Position numbers and translations under genes: made by a program. 64,000 nt of DNA from an uncultured virus (IMG/VR IMGVR_UViG_3300030104_004354) (lineage: Duplodnaviria > Heunggongvirae > Uroviricota > Caudoviricetes), in IMG/VR virus record IMGVR_UViG_3300030104_004354; one strand, given 5' to 3'. Positions 37,501 to 45,715 of the stretch are shown here, one piece after another. The notes beneath the pieces were generated by a model, which searched no databases, had not been told where the DNA came from, and saw nothing but the letters and a program-made list of their open reading frames with translations. How positions within the stretch are numbered: position 1 is the first letter of the stretch; every line of letters starts with the position of its first letter.

Positions 37501-38007
37501 ACGTATCGGTACTATCGCGCTTGCAAGTTTATAATCGCTAAATGCAGAATCATACTGTTGACCCGCTAAAGCAATCCCTGAAAGATTCATGGCAGGAGCA
37601 AAAGAACTAAGCCTATTTATAATTTCAATGGCACCATTGGGTCCAAAAGCTTTGTTAGATAAATTCAAACCTCCTAAATCGCCAAAACTAGCAACTTCCA
37701 CTAAGATTGGGTAGTTAATAACCTCGGGTAGAGCATCAATACATGCACTAAGTGTGGTAAAGTGAGTGGGACTACAGGAGGAAGTTGCGTCAGCAGAGAC
37801 AATAAAAGATAAGCCTGTAAGTGCTGAGGTTGGATGTCCAAACTTTTCCCAAAGAAGAGTTGTGCGTTCGTCTAAATCATGTAAGGGCAGGTTATCTTGT
37901 TCAAAATTATAAAATGAGCTAGCGTCATACTTAGTAACCTTATCAGTCCAGCAAACTAAAAGGCTGTCAGATCCACCTGCCACATATACGTCACTTGGGT
38001 TTAACAT
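34555..38007 (-). CDS. Tail spike / fibre with right-handed beta-helix (pectin lyase-like) repeats
   Basis: TLSACIDALP, then repeated GIEIKNSTVNL / GLHIDNSEVNL / GIRAVNSTLNL / GVRLKNSTLDY rungs. Start placed at MLNPSD. Confidence 0.7.
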   Translation of the reverse strand: MLNPSDVYVAGGSDSLLVCWTDKVTKYDASSFYNFEQDNLPLHDLDERTTLLWEKFGHPTSALTGLSFIVSADATSSCSPTHFTTLSACIDALPEVINYPILVEVASFGDLGGLNLSNKAFGPNGAIEIINRLSSFAPAMNLSGIALAGQQYDSAFSDYKLASAIVPIRRDVQQAGTGASGPGLAFDMQQAKLFSTNAFVASGAKKWQDDRFSQFNPYVFSKKVVPTQLNRLTASLSSTTDPWDITLGSVSEVEDFKFVPFDKASSDATFDVSTLNEITGSEIKWGDGTEQPNGTAANKTAAAAFAYFNKLDFIKVNDCNGPVFIRNFNVDGENLIGRGIEIKNSTVNLERCSVSRCNEAGLHIDNSEVNLLRGFVGYRNYSNISSSRAGIPFTEKRDSYQSLSGYGAGIRAVNSTLNLKSTYARDIVQSSAAIDSGVYGSYDTSAGNIIAPSMEALYCLSRNDIGIDAINSRVHGGKTELNGDSPTFGGSQENDSSRMFSELNTEAGVRLKNSTLDYSGRLYLDGNYIGLDSNGSKIYSDSLNSRFNQSTALNLKNSELVYNKDLYAKATHSDKDAVLTTLESQVGCILNGQDVVCDNSTIKPYFVSSMPDIFTMFYTSGCFGREQTTGELLPSVHLKGGSDADLVHAHMVRVPGASKTLNAQYGLLSHVEDNSTLTVRGSGQYANIFLGPKTRDDSINVAGKYANNGSTIKIQGPTTFGRFGVDVLAEDNSTIEITPHQSNNGTLLVSSFDLSNPVNHTMVELHSTRSCLVANRNSNILMENVGDYQVNYPNGTYGNSIGAAYDFANSDYQTFASAGYVQFYPNAFIDHGDVVFNPTTADNKYVFETNAAGAPSPYYLIHNQTNNIDGISTGGMCVRAVGNSVVEANNVHFPATWHNTSGQIYDLEGTAPLPGNNCTRLFIWNIADNSLLKASYLSVSGHHPKDSGYHGPSGVWNNATGDAAASGAFSGTPDTSSLSVLDYYGKSNENPFGSSSIENFGAFRLYFSVDPVTNFMVVSEDIRLEGLARQVFAQGYNFSGNLVASSSDDFIASAQYTSILKRDENNIIQPSGFYYASAMMAGSDSIKAMLDDSALNTFANAKHNMVGKSGLGKVVEGYYSTSAFGGDSFNSYSYSTGLASINNFDLKKDN

Positions 38008-38008
38008 G

Positions 38009-38623
38009 TTATCCGAATGATATTGTCCATCTAAACACCAGAGCAAAATCTGATGTTTTTCTAATATTACTAAAGTATCTATACGCCGCTAAGATAGAGG
38101 TTTCAGTTGCGCTAGCTTTCGGGTTTTTAATAAATATACCAATCTCGTTTAAGTTAGCATCTTCACCATCACGAGATAGATTATTACAAGAATCTTCATC
38201 TACAAAAATTGTAAATCGAACAGTTCTATCATCTACCCTGGTAACTTTACTAAAAGGTATTTTTGCAAAGAATTCAGGAGTTGTACCAGCTATGTTGTTA
38301 GCCCACCTGAATCCAGAAACAACAGTTAGGTTACTATCCCCTGCTCCTGTGTATTCCGCCACAGAGGTTAAACCCCCAGACACGTTATTCGTGCTGCTTA
38401 CTTGAAGGTCGGGATTACCACTAACACCTAATTTAAATCTGTCGATCTGGTAATCAGTAATTGTTTCTGATCCAACTTTACCGTAAAGATGCGATAAAGC
38501 CCAACCAAAACCAGAGACGATAACGTTATCCTCATCATACACAAGCTCTTCCTGACCTTCATAGACCTTGTGAATCGTTAGGTGGCCTTTTATTCCCATC
38601 TGATTTGTTAGTGACTTAATCAT
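38009..38623 (-). CDS. Baseplate / tail-fibre attachment structural protein
   Basis: KGHL...NVIV, LNEIGIF, LAAYRYFSNIRKTSDFALVFRWTISF pattern. Confidence 0.7.
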   Translation of the reverse strand: MIKSLTNQMGIKGHLTIHKVYEGQEELVYDEDNVIVSGFGWALSHLYGKVGSETITDYQIDRFKLGVSGNPDLQVSSTNNVSGGLTSVAEYTGAGDSNLTVVSGFRWANNIAGTTPEFFAKIPFSKVTRVDDRTVRFTIFVDEDSCNNLSRDGEDANLNEIGIFIKNPKASATETSILAAYRYFSNIRKTSDFALVFRWTISFG

Positions 38624-39633
38624 TTAAAATCCAAATTTAGATTAATTATTACAGAATTGGTAGCAAGAAGTGTTCCGAAACCACTGAGGCCCGCAGCATC
38701 TCTGTGAAAAATCGGATTATCTAAAATCGTAGCCTTTGCCACCAATTTATACTTTCTGTTATTATTTAGACAATTCCAATTGTAGGGAGGTGTTAATCCC
38801 TCTGCTAGAATTGATTTTAAATCTAAACAGTAAATTCCTATGTGTTTTACGCTTCCAAATGCCACCAGGGACATAGCATCTCCCCTGTTTAATCGGGTCC
38901 TTATCTTTAGTTTACCCACTGAGGGGGTAAATCCAACTGAAGAAAATACGATTGCGCCAGCAGTAAAGTTAGTATTAACCACATCCGTCACTGACTGAGG
39001 GTTTACCGTTAAGAATCCATTTCTGTCCATTAATCCCGAAAGGTTGTAGTCACTACTAAGTGTTCCAGTAAATATTAAATCTTTATCTTTATCATAAAAA
39101 TGATAGTCATTTCCTCCAGAGGGTGGAAAGCCTCCTACCTTATTCCATACAGCACTAAGCTGACCATCCACAGCGGGATTAGCGTAATGTCCAAGATCAG
39201 GAAGAGCACTAGTGAAGGAGCCTGAGGCCGTGCTTGTGGTTAGATTATTAGATAATGTAGACCCTCGCTCTAATCTCCTATCCAATGGAGATGGATCATT
39301 TGGAACAGAATTATATGTTGAAGAGAATAATAGATAAGTTCCCGAAGGTATGTATGATGAAGCTCCGTTTGTTGCATCAGAGGCATAGTTAATTACTGTT
39401 AAAATCCCAGAATCAAAAGAACTAGCCCCCGATGCAACAACTCCGTCCACATACTGAATCGAAGATATGGCGTGCGAGTGTTGAACAAACCCCTCAGCAT
39501 CTTTACCAAATGTCAAAGCCTGAAATGTGTAATTTGAGGTATCCAGAATTGAACTAGCAGACGGCAAATCAGAAAATGCAGGATTAACCGTCAGTATGTC
39601 AGTAAGAATTTCTCCGAAGCCTTGAACAAACAT
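38620..39633 (-). CDS. Tail structural protein
   Basis: Coupled ORF in the tail operon. HIGIYCLD...LVAK resembles the downstream gene. Confidence 0.55.
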   Translation of the reverse strand: MFVQGFGEILTDILTVNPAFSDLPSASSILDTSNYTFQALTFGKDAEGFVQHSHAISSIQYVDGVVASGASSFDSGILTVINYASDATNGASSYIPSGTYLLFSSTYNSVPNDPSPLDRRLERGSTLSNNLTTSTASGSFTSALPDLGHYANPAVDGQLSAVWNKVGGFPPSGGNDYHFYDKDKDLIFTGTLSSDYNLSGLMDRNGFLTVNPQSVTDVVNTNFTAGAIVFSSVGFTPSVGKLKIRTRLNRGDAMSLVAFGSVKHIGIYCLDLKSILAEGLTPPYNWNCLNNNRKYKLVAKATILDNPIFHRDAAGLSGFGTLLATNSVIINLNLDFK

Positions 39634-42600
39634 TAGATAGGTATTGTGACTGTAGTGTTGATAACTCCTGTAGGGTTTAGGACAGTTATCAGTTCATTAG
39701 GTAATCTGTAATCTATCTTTGAACCACCCTCAGATTCCATTATAGCCGCAGTTTTAGACTTGTCTCTGCTGGCATATGCCGTAGCAGCGTTCTTGCCTGT
39801 GATATTGTTAAAGTGTTTAAATATGTCAAATAGGTCCTGCTTGGAAAGAGCAAGCCTGTATTCTAAGCACTCCTTGTTGAGTTCTTTAAGCTTGCAAAGA
39901 GTATTGCTTAGAGTACCACCTGCAAAAACTTGTGAGAGTTTATCTAGGGTGAGATCCTGAACTTTTAAACTATCAACAAGCATGAACTGATCAGGCTGTC
40001 CTCCTGGGATTATAAACACTTCAATAACATAATTTTGATTTAACCTGTGCAATTGCCCGTACTCTTTACGGTATTCATTTGGAAGTCTAATATCTCTGTT
40101 TCTAGTGTTGAATGTAATTTCTAAATCTTCAAAGTCGGTAGGAGAGATACCAAAGATGGGGGAGGTTCTAACCGATGAAACTTGGCTTAAAGAAGCAAAG
40201 TTGGAAATGCTTGTGGTTGTGAATGACGAGGGATCATTAGATCTTAGAGGCACATTCTTAGTGTGTGCGTAAACCTTCAACATATCACTTCTAGAAATTA
40301 ATTGATTATGCTGAACCCAGTTCCCATTTGGTGAGAAACTCCACATCTTACCATCCTCTGGTTTGGTATGAATCCATACCCCGATGCCTCTTCCTCCAAA
40401 AGTAGTTCCTGAGTCTGTGCTAATTAAACTGTTTAAGTTAAGTTTGAAATCATGATCTGGTGACAAGAAATTGTTGGCAACTGGATAATCAGAACCTGCT
40501 GAATATTTAGAGATATCAAATCTTAACCTAGTGGACGCTCTATCACCCGCTCGCATAGTGATAAATGTATTATCAAAGAGGAATGGATCCTCGTAAGAAA
40601 TTCTTTGAGATCCTGGAACTCTTATGACAGAGAAGGATGCACCGTCTTCTATGCCTGAAGTTAGAACCATCTCCACAGCATCTAGAACACCTGACGATAC
40701 TCTCTCAAAGGTGCCCAGGTACATGTCAGAATCACCAGTCGCAGCAAAAGATCCAGTGCCCGTAAATGCATCATTTAAAACATTTATTTGTTGTGTTGCA
40801 GAAAGAGATGTAGATATTGGTGTTTTTACGGTTCCTAAATTTTCAAAGTCGTGATTGTAAAGAAGAGGACCGAAGGTGTGAGAGAAAATATTTGCTCCAT
40901 CTCTATTTTGAACATCAGGACTCAACCTATGCCACTTAAAGTTTTCTTGATAGGACTTGTATAATCTATGAAGATCTCTACCAAATTCAAAATTGTAGTA
41001 ATCACTTACTGACGCGGGGAAAGTATACCCATCCGCATTTGCATTGGTGCCGCTTGTGACTAAAGATCTTGTATCTCCATTAAGAAGTGCCCTAACTCGT
41101 TCTATTTCATTGATAAGAGCATTACGTTCGAATTGAGTTGCAACTAAAGATAAAGCTAGCAATAAGTCATCCAAATAACTATTTAAAGCAGAGGCGCTGG
41201 CTTCAATATCCTGTAAAGCTTTAAAGGTTTTTTTACCTTCCCCAATTCTATGCATGACAGCGTAGATGGCAGGAAGCTGACCTCTATCCGTTGTCCTGTC
41301 CTTATTCTGTTGCATGCTCCCTGCCTTACCCCTTATGTTCTGAGTGTTGCTTACATCATATTCAAAATAAGTGTTTGCAGAATTAAGGTTTTCACATTGA
41401 GCCCAAATAGGAGGCAAATTGATAACGCTGCTAACTGGGTTGTAAGTTAGTGAACTTGGGATTAAGCCTAACGGAACACCACTTAAGTCAGAAGACATGT
41501 CGAAAGATACAGGCATGTTGAAACCAGTTCTGTCGCTGTAACCATTGAACGGCATGATCTTCTCATAAGATCTTCTTCTAGAAGATTTCCTAGGAACACC
41601 GCCTATACTAGGGACGTTGATAAGTTCAGGAGATACTAGAGTTTGAGTAGCAGCCTTACCGATTGCTGCTCCATCAGTATTAATACCTCTTTTGTAAGTA
41701 TTTAAAAATATACCAGATGCGAATCTATTACTTCCAGCCCCGACATCAATCTCTTCGCTATCTAGGTAGATGTGGGGTAAACAACTAGCCTCAAACCCTA
41801 AAACGTCTGGGGCAGCAGATATCTCAAGAGATATTAGTGGTATGGCATGAGCAGGTGCAAACTTATTTACGACATCAGCAACGAATTGTAAAGCATCACC
41901 GCTATCTGCGGTGTCTACATTTTTCTTATTGAAATCAAATTCTGAAGAATCTAAGACTAATTTGAAGTGAGATGACTTACCAGACCATAAGGAAGCATAA
42001 TCAAAGTTCTTACTACTTATGTTTCTAATCAGGTTATCTAAATTTGGAGGTGCGTTGTAACCCGAGGTAAATATCAACCAAGTTCCAGTTTTAGGTTGAC
42101 TTTCTTCAAGGACATCTATCACAACGTCCAAAGCATTTGTTGTTATATAAGAACTCACATCTAAAGCAAATTCTGGTCTAACACCGAACGCCACCAGTCG
42201 TTCTGCTATAAAGCCCACCATCGCAGCGTCCAGTTCCGTGTTAACATAATATGGATATTCTTCAAAAGGAGGTATTGAATAATCTCTTCCTCTATATTTG
42301 AAGGTTCCATCGAATTCAGTAAGCCAAGAGTTTATTGGGAAATTGTCTGGGAACTGACGAATAACCTCCAAAAGAATTCTGTCAACGGATAATCTAATAT
42401 TATCATCCATGCTAGATGATGAATATTTTTCAACATTCATGTTAGCCGCCAAATCAGGAGTCCAGGTGCTAAAGTCTTTGTAAAAGTTTGATTCAGTGGC
42501 TAAAGAATAGTAAATAAGAAAAGGAACATAGGATTCCCAAAGCTCAGATATCCTACCTTCAATTGGAAAGCTGTTTTTAGGGAATATTGTATTTACCGTG

Positions 42601-43664
42601 CTCTGAATAGCTTTCTTGGTTCCTACTGCTTTGTAAATTGAAACTGCGTTTCTAAGCTGTAATCTCCACCTCTCAGGGTTGTTGCCAAAAAGATCCCAGC
42701 CAATAAGCTGCGAAACTAAAGGCAGATACTCATCAGGGCAATCATCAATATCGTATAAAGTTGATATCTGCTCCGTATCATTATTAATATCGAAAGCGAA
42801 GAATGATAAAGCTCTTATTAGTCTAGCAAAAGGGCCATCTTCAATCTTAATGGCAGATTTTAAAGTGTTTTCTATGTATGTTTCAAACTTATCTCTAACT
42901 CTAAAGTCCGAAGAATCTGAAAAAAGTTCTGAGTATATGACATCATTCCAGGTTTTAAGTTTGTCTAATTGTTGAGTTCCGCTGAGATCAGATCTAAATC
43001 CTGCATCAAAAATCTCAGATGGGTAATATGCCGAAGATGCATTACGCCAAACATACTCTGAAAGACCATTGATCCCATCTTTAGTCCTGAATGGCTTCCC
43101 TTCATAAATGCCACTCACCAACAAGTCTTTAACGTATGAAGATGGATCAAAAGAAGGTCCTGATGTATTAAGAAAATACATCCAAGATAAATTTGAAATC
43201 AAATAATTATGAATAGAAGATGAGTCTCCTATCGTAGAAAATATTGATTCGTCAGGTTTATTAAGGTTTATTGCTGGCAGTAGTGTACTCTCTACGTAAC
43301 TCGAAAAATCTCCTTGTGTTTTAAAATCTTTTAATTTAGTATTAAAAAAAGATAATACATTGTCCTCAAAATTTTGAGTGGTAATATTTGTTAGATTATT
43401 TTGTTTTACAAAATAAGGTGCAATACCATTGAGTGTGTTAATACCACTAAAGACAGAATTTTCAACTGCACTCACATTTAATACTGAAGAGAAGTTATCA
43501 GCAATATCAATATGGCTATTAATTATTGTATCAACAAGATCATCAGATTTAGGAGTTCCCGAAACATCATCATCATATAGGTATTCCGGTAGAATAAACT
43601 TTATGGCCTCAGAATAATTTCTTTGAAAGAATTTCTGATTTCTTAAGTAAGTTTTACCTGACAT
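39633..43664 (-). CDS. Baseplate wedge protein (P2 gpI / T4 gp7-like) with long extensions
   Basis: DIDDCPDEYLPLVSQLIGW...WRLQLRNAVSIYKAVGTKKAI and KFAPAHA. Follows gp6. Confidence 0.75.
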   Translation of the reverse strand: MSGKTYLRNQKFFQRNYSEAIKFILPEYLYDDDVSGTPKSDDLVDTIINSHIDIADNFSSVLNVSAVENSVFSGINTLNGIAPYFVKQNNLTNITTQNFEDNVLSFFNTKLKDFKTQGDFSSYVESTLLPAINLNKPDESIFSTIGDSSSIHNYLISNLSWMYFLNTSGPSFDPSSYVKDLLVSGIYEGKPFRTKDGINGLSEYVWRNASSAYYPSEIFDAGFRSDLSGTQQLDKLKTWNDVIYSELFSDSSDFRVRDKFETYIENTLKSAIKIEDGPFARLIRALSFFAFDINNDTEQISTLYDIDDCPDEYLPLVSQLIGWDLFGNNPERWRLQLRNAVSIYKAVGTKKAIQSTVNTIFPKNSFPIEGRISELWESYVPFLIYYSLATESNFYKDFSTWTPDLAANMNVEKYSSSSMDDNIRLSVDRILLEVIRQFPDNFPINSWLTEFDGTFKYRGRDYSIPPFEEYPYYVNTELDAAMVGFIAERLVAFGVRPEFALDVSSYITTNALDVVIDVLEESQPKTGTWLIFTSGYNAPPNLDNLIRNISSKNFDYASLWSGKSSHFKLVLDSSEFDFNKKNVDTADSGDALQFVADVVNKFAPAHAIPLISLEISAAPDVLGFEASCLPHIYLDSEEIDVGAGSNRFASGIFLNTYKRGINTDGAAIGKAATQTLVSPELINVPSIGGVPRKSSRRRSYEKIMPFNGYSDRTGFNMPVSFDMSSDLSGVPLGLIPSSLTYNPVSSVINLPPIWAQCENLNSANTYFEYDVSNTQNIRGKAGSMQQNKDRTTDRGQLPAIYAVMHRIGEGKKTFKALQDIEASASALNSYLDDLLLALSLVATQFERNALINEIERVRALLNGDTRSLVTSGTNANADGYTFPASVSDYYNFEFGRDLHRLYKSYQENFKWHRLSPDVQNRDGANIFSHTFGPLLYNHDFENLGTVKTPISTSLSATQQINVLNDAFTGTGSFAATGDSDMYLGTFERVSSGVLDAVEMVLTSGIEDGASFSVIRVPGSQRISYEDPFLFDNTFITMRAGDRASTRLRFDISKYSAGSDYPVANNFLSPDHDFKLNLNSLISTDSGTTFGGRGIGVWIHTKPEDGKMWSFSPNGNWVQHNQLISRSDMLKVYAHTKNVPLRSNDPSSFTTTSISNFASLSQVSSVRTSPIFGISPTDFEDLEITFNTRNRDIRLPNEYRKEYGQLHRLNQNYVIEVFIIPGGQPDQFMLVDSLKVQDLTLDKLSQVFAGGTLSNTLCKLKELNKECLEYRLALSKQDLFDIFKHFNNITGKNAATAYASRDKSKTAAIMESEGGSKIDYRLPNELITVLNPTGVINTTVTIPI

Positions 43665-45271
43665 TAGATGTACTCTACCTTAATAGCTAAGTTATTTAAC
43701 TGAATGATTTCATTGAAGCCAACTCTGATTGGAGACTTCACATTGGTAACTTCAGCGAACCTGATGTTTGTTTCATTCTTCAGGAGAACTCTAATTAGAT
43801 CCTGAGGAACAAAAGATTCACCAAAGTCGGTGTTATTAAAGTTCATATAATCTAAAATAGAAGCCTTAGCTGACTGAATAATTATGCTTTCATTTCTTCT
43901 AAATTTCTCTTCAACATTTAAAGTGATATCGATATCAAAAGTTCTTATTAGCCCATCAACAACAACAACCTCGTCAGTTATCATTTTCTTAGGCTGGATG
44001 GCCTCTAAAAGCTGACGCTTATATTCCTGAGTTGCTCTTCTTAACTGTGTGTCTGAGGCTCTTTCTAAGACAAACAAATCAATAATATTTGCAGAGGAAA
44101 AAGCTCTTCGAACAGTTGCGGTGGCTTTACCAGTTGAACCATAGTTTGAAGCAAAAGCATTAGCAAAAGCCTTAAAGTCTGGCAGAGTTACTAATCTGTC
44201 CTGTGTTCTAAATAATAAAGGAGCGTACCTCTTAGCCTGAGCTACTGACTCAGCATCTCTGCCACCCGTAGCAAGACTAGTGTTTTCAACCGTTAGAGTG
44301 ACAGTCTCGCTGTCAGTGCTGGAGAAAGAAGTGCCCTCTATTTGAGCGTTTATCACTCCTTCTGCTAAGTTACCCCGAGTGCCCCCACCCACACGATAAG
44401 TAATGACATACCTATCTCCTAAGGCAGGAGATCTTCCGATACTGTCATCTCCAAAAAGAACGGATGCTTTGAAGATTTCATCAGTGGTAATTTGAAAAAC
44501 TTTATCAGTCGCACCTGATGCAAAGTAAATGTTCTCTTCTTCATTGTAAATACCCTCAGTCTCAGACTTACCTGTGATATAAACTTGAGCACTCTTTTCG
44601 ACATAAGGAAATCTAGATAAATTTACAGCTTTTATCTGAGAAGGAGAAGTAAAGGTTCCAGCCTCAACAACCAAGGCTCCCTCAAGAAGAACGGCATTAG
44701 TAACTGAAACAACTCCGCTGTCAGTTGCAGTTACACCAAACTCCAAATCCTCTGAAGGATCAGTGAGGTCTACAGTTCCGTTGTTATTTACCTTATAGAG
44801 GGTGTATGATATTGGGGCACCATCTTCGGGTGAATTAATTGTAATCGCTCTGTTAGATGCCGAGACCGTTAGAGATGACGGGCTATCGACTGTATTAGTT
44901 TGGTAGGTTAAAGATGCATTTGCGGCGGCGGAAATTGGGCCTTTCATGCGTACCCCAATTAGTTCTAAAAGTCTTTTAACACTATCTCGACTACGTGCAG
45001 TGCCTATGTAATTTTCATTTGCTAAAAAGTCAGACTTGTTGGACTGAATGTGACCCACTGCGGCCATCATCTCAATAAGTAAAACACCAAAGTCTGAACT
45101 TTCAAAGTTGTTATAGTCTAATGGAAATGTGGCTTTTACGTAATTAACTAAGTTTTGACGTAGTGTTTCAAAGTCTGAAGCACTAAAGTCAATAAGCTTT
45201 TCTTTATCATCAAGATCAGACGGTAATAATTTTAAAAAGTCTGATTCAACTGTTCCTGAGAAAACAACCAT
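43664..45271 (-). CDS. gp6: Baseplate wedge subunit (T4 gp6 / baseplate J-like)
   Basis: DFSASDFETLRQNL, ENYIGTA, FGDDSIGRSP, YRVGGG, GGRDAES, QDRLVTLPDF. Confidence 0.9.
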   Translation of the reverse strand: MVVFSGTVESDFLKLLPSDLDDKEKLIDFSASDFETLRQNLVNYVKATFPLDYNNFESSDFGVLLIEMMAAVGHIQSNKSDFLANENYIGTARSRDSVKRLLELIGVRMKGPISAAANASLTYQTNTVDSPSSLTVSASNRAITINSPEDGAPISYTLYKVNNNGTVDLTDPSEDLEFGVTATDSGVVSVTNAVLLEGALVVEAGTFTSPSQIKAVNLSRFPYVEKSAQVYITGKSETEGIYNEEENIYFASGATDKVFQITTDEIFKASVLFGDDSIGRSPALGDRYVITYRVGGGTRGNLAEGVINAQIEGTSFSSTDSETVTLTVENTSLATGGRDAESVAQAKRYAPLLFRTQDRLVTLPDFKAFANAFASNYGSTGKATATVRRAFSSANIIDLFVLERASDTQLRRATQEYKRQLLEAIQPKKMITDEVVVVDGLIRTFDIDITLNVEEKFRRNESIIIQSAKASILDYMNFNNTDFGESFVPQDLIRVLLKNETNIRFAEVTNVKSPIRVGFNEIIQLNNLAIKVEYI

Positions 45272-45714
45272 TAGATTCTAACTCCAATATTAAAAGCTGT
45301 CGCAATAGCGTCCCTAACCGAACAGAATAAATTAACCTTCAATTGACCACCTCGTGTTTCAAACACTTGAAGTTTCCCTACCGCAACAGTTCTAAGATAT
45401 CTACGTATCGCGGTAATAACCTCCTCTTTTATCAGAGAAAACAAACCCTCATCCAAAGGCTCCATGAGGAATTTTCTAAGATTACAGCCAAAATCAGGCC
45501 TCATAAATCTCTCACCTCGATGAGTTCTAATTAAAGATGAAAGATTAGATTTAATTAGTTCAAGATTTGATGATTTGCTAAAATAACCATTCTTCGGATT
45601 AAGAGAAATAGGATACTCAAGGCCCTGTAGTCTAGGATCTTCAAGAGATATAGGTCTCTTAATTGTACGAGGAGATACACTTCCGTAGGTCGTTACACTA
45701 GTTGAGATTGGCAT
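45271..45714 (-). CDS. gp25: Baseplate wedge / sheath initiator (T4 gp25-like)
   Basis: LIRTHRGERFMRPDFGCNL...EP. Confidence 0.9.
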   Translation of the reverse strand: MPISTSVTTYGSVSPRTIKRPISLEDPRLQGLEYPISLNPKNGYFSKSSNLELIKSNLSSLIRTHRGERFMRPDFGCNLRKFLMEPLDEGLFSLIKEEVITAIRRYLRTVAVGKLQVFETRGGQLKVNLFCSVRDAIATAFNIGVRI

Positions 45715-45715
45715 T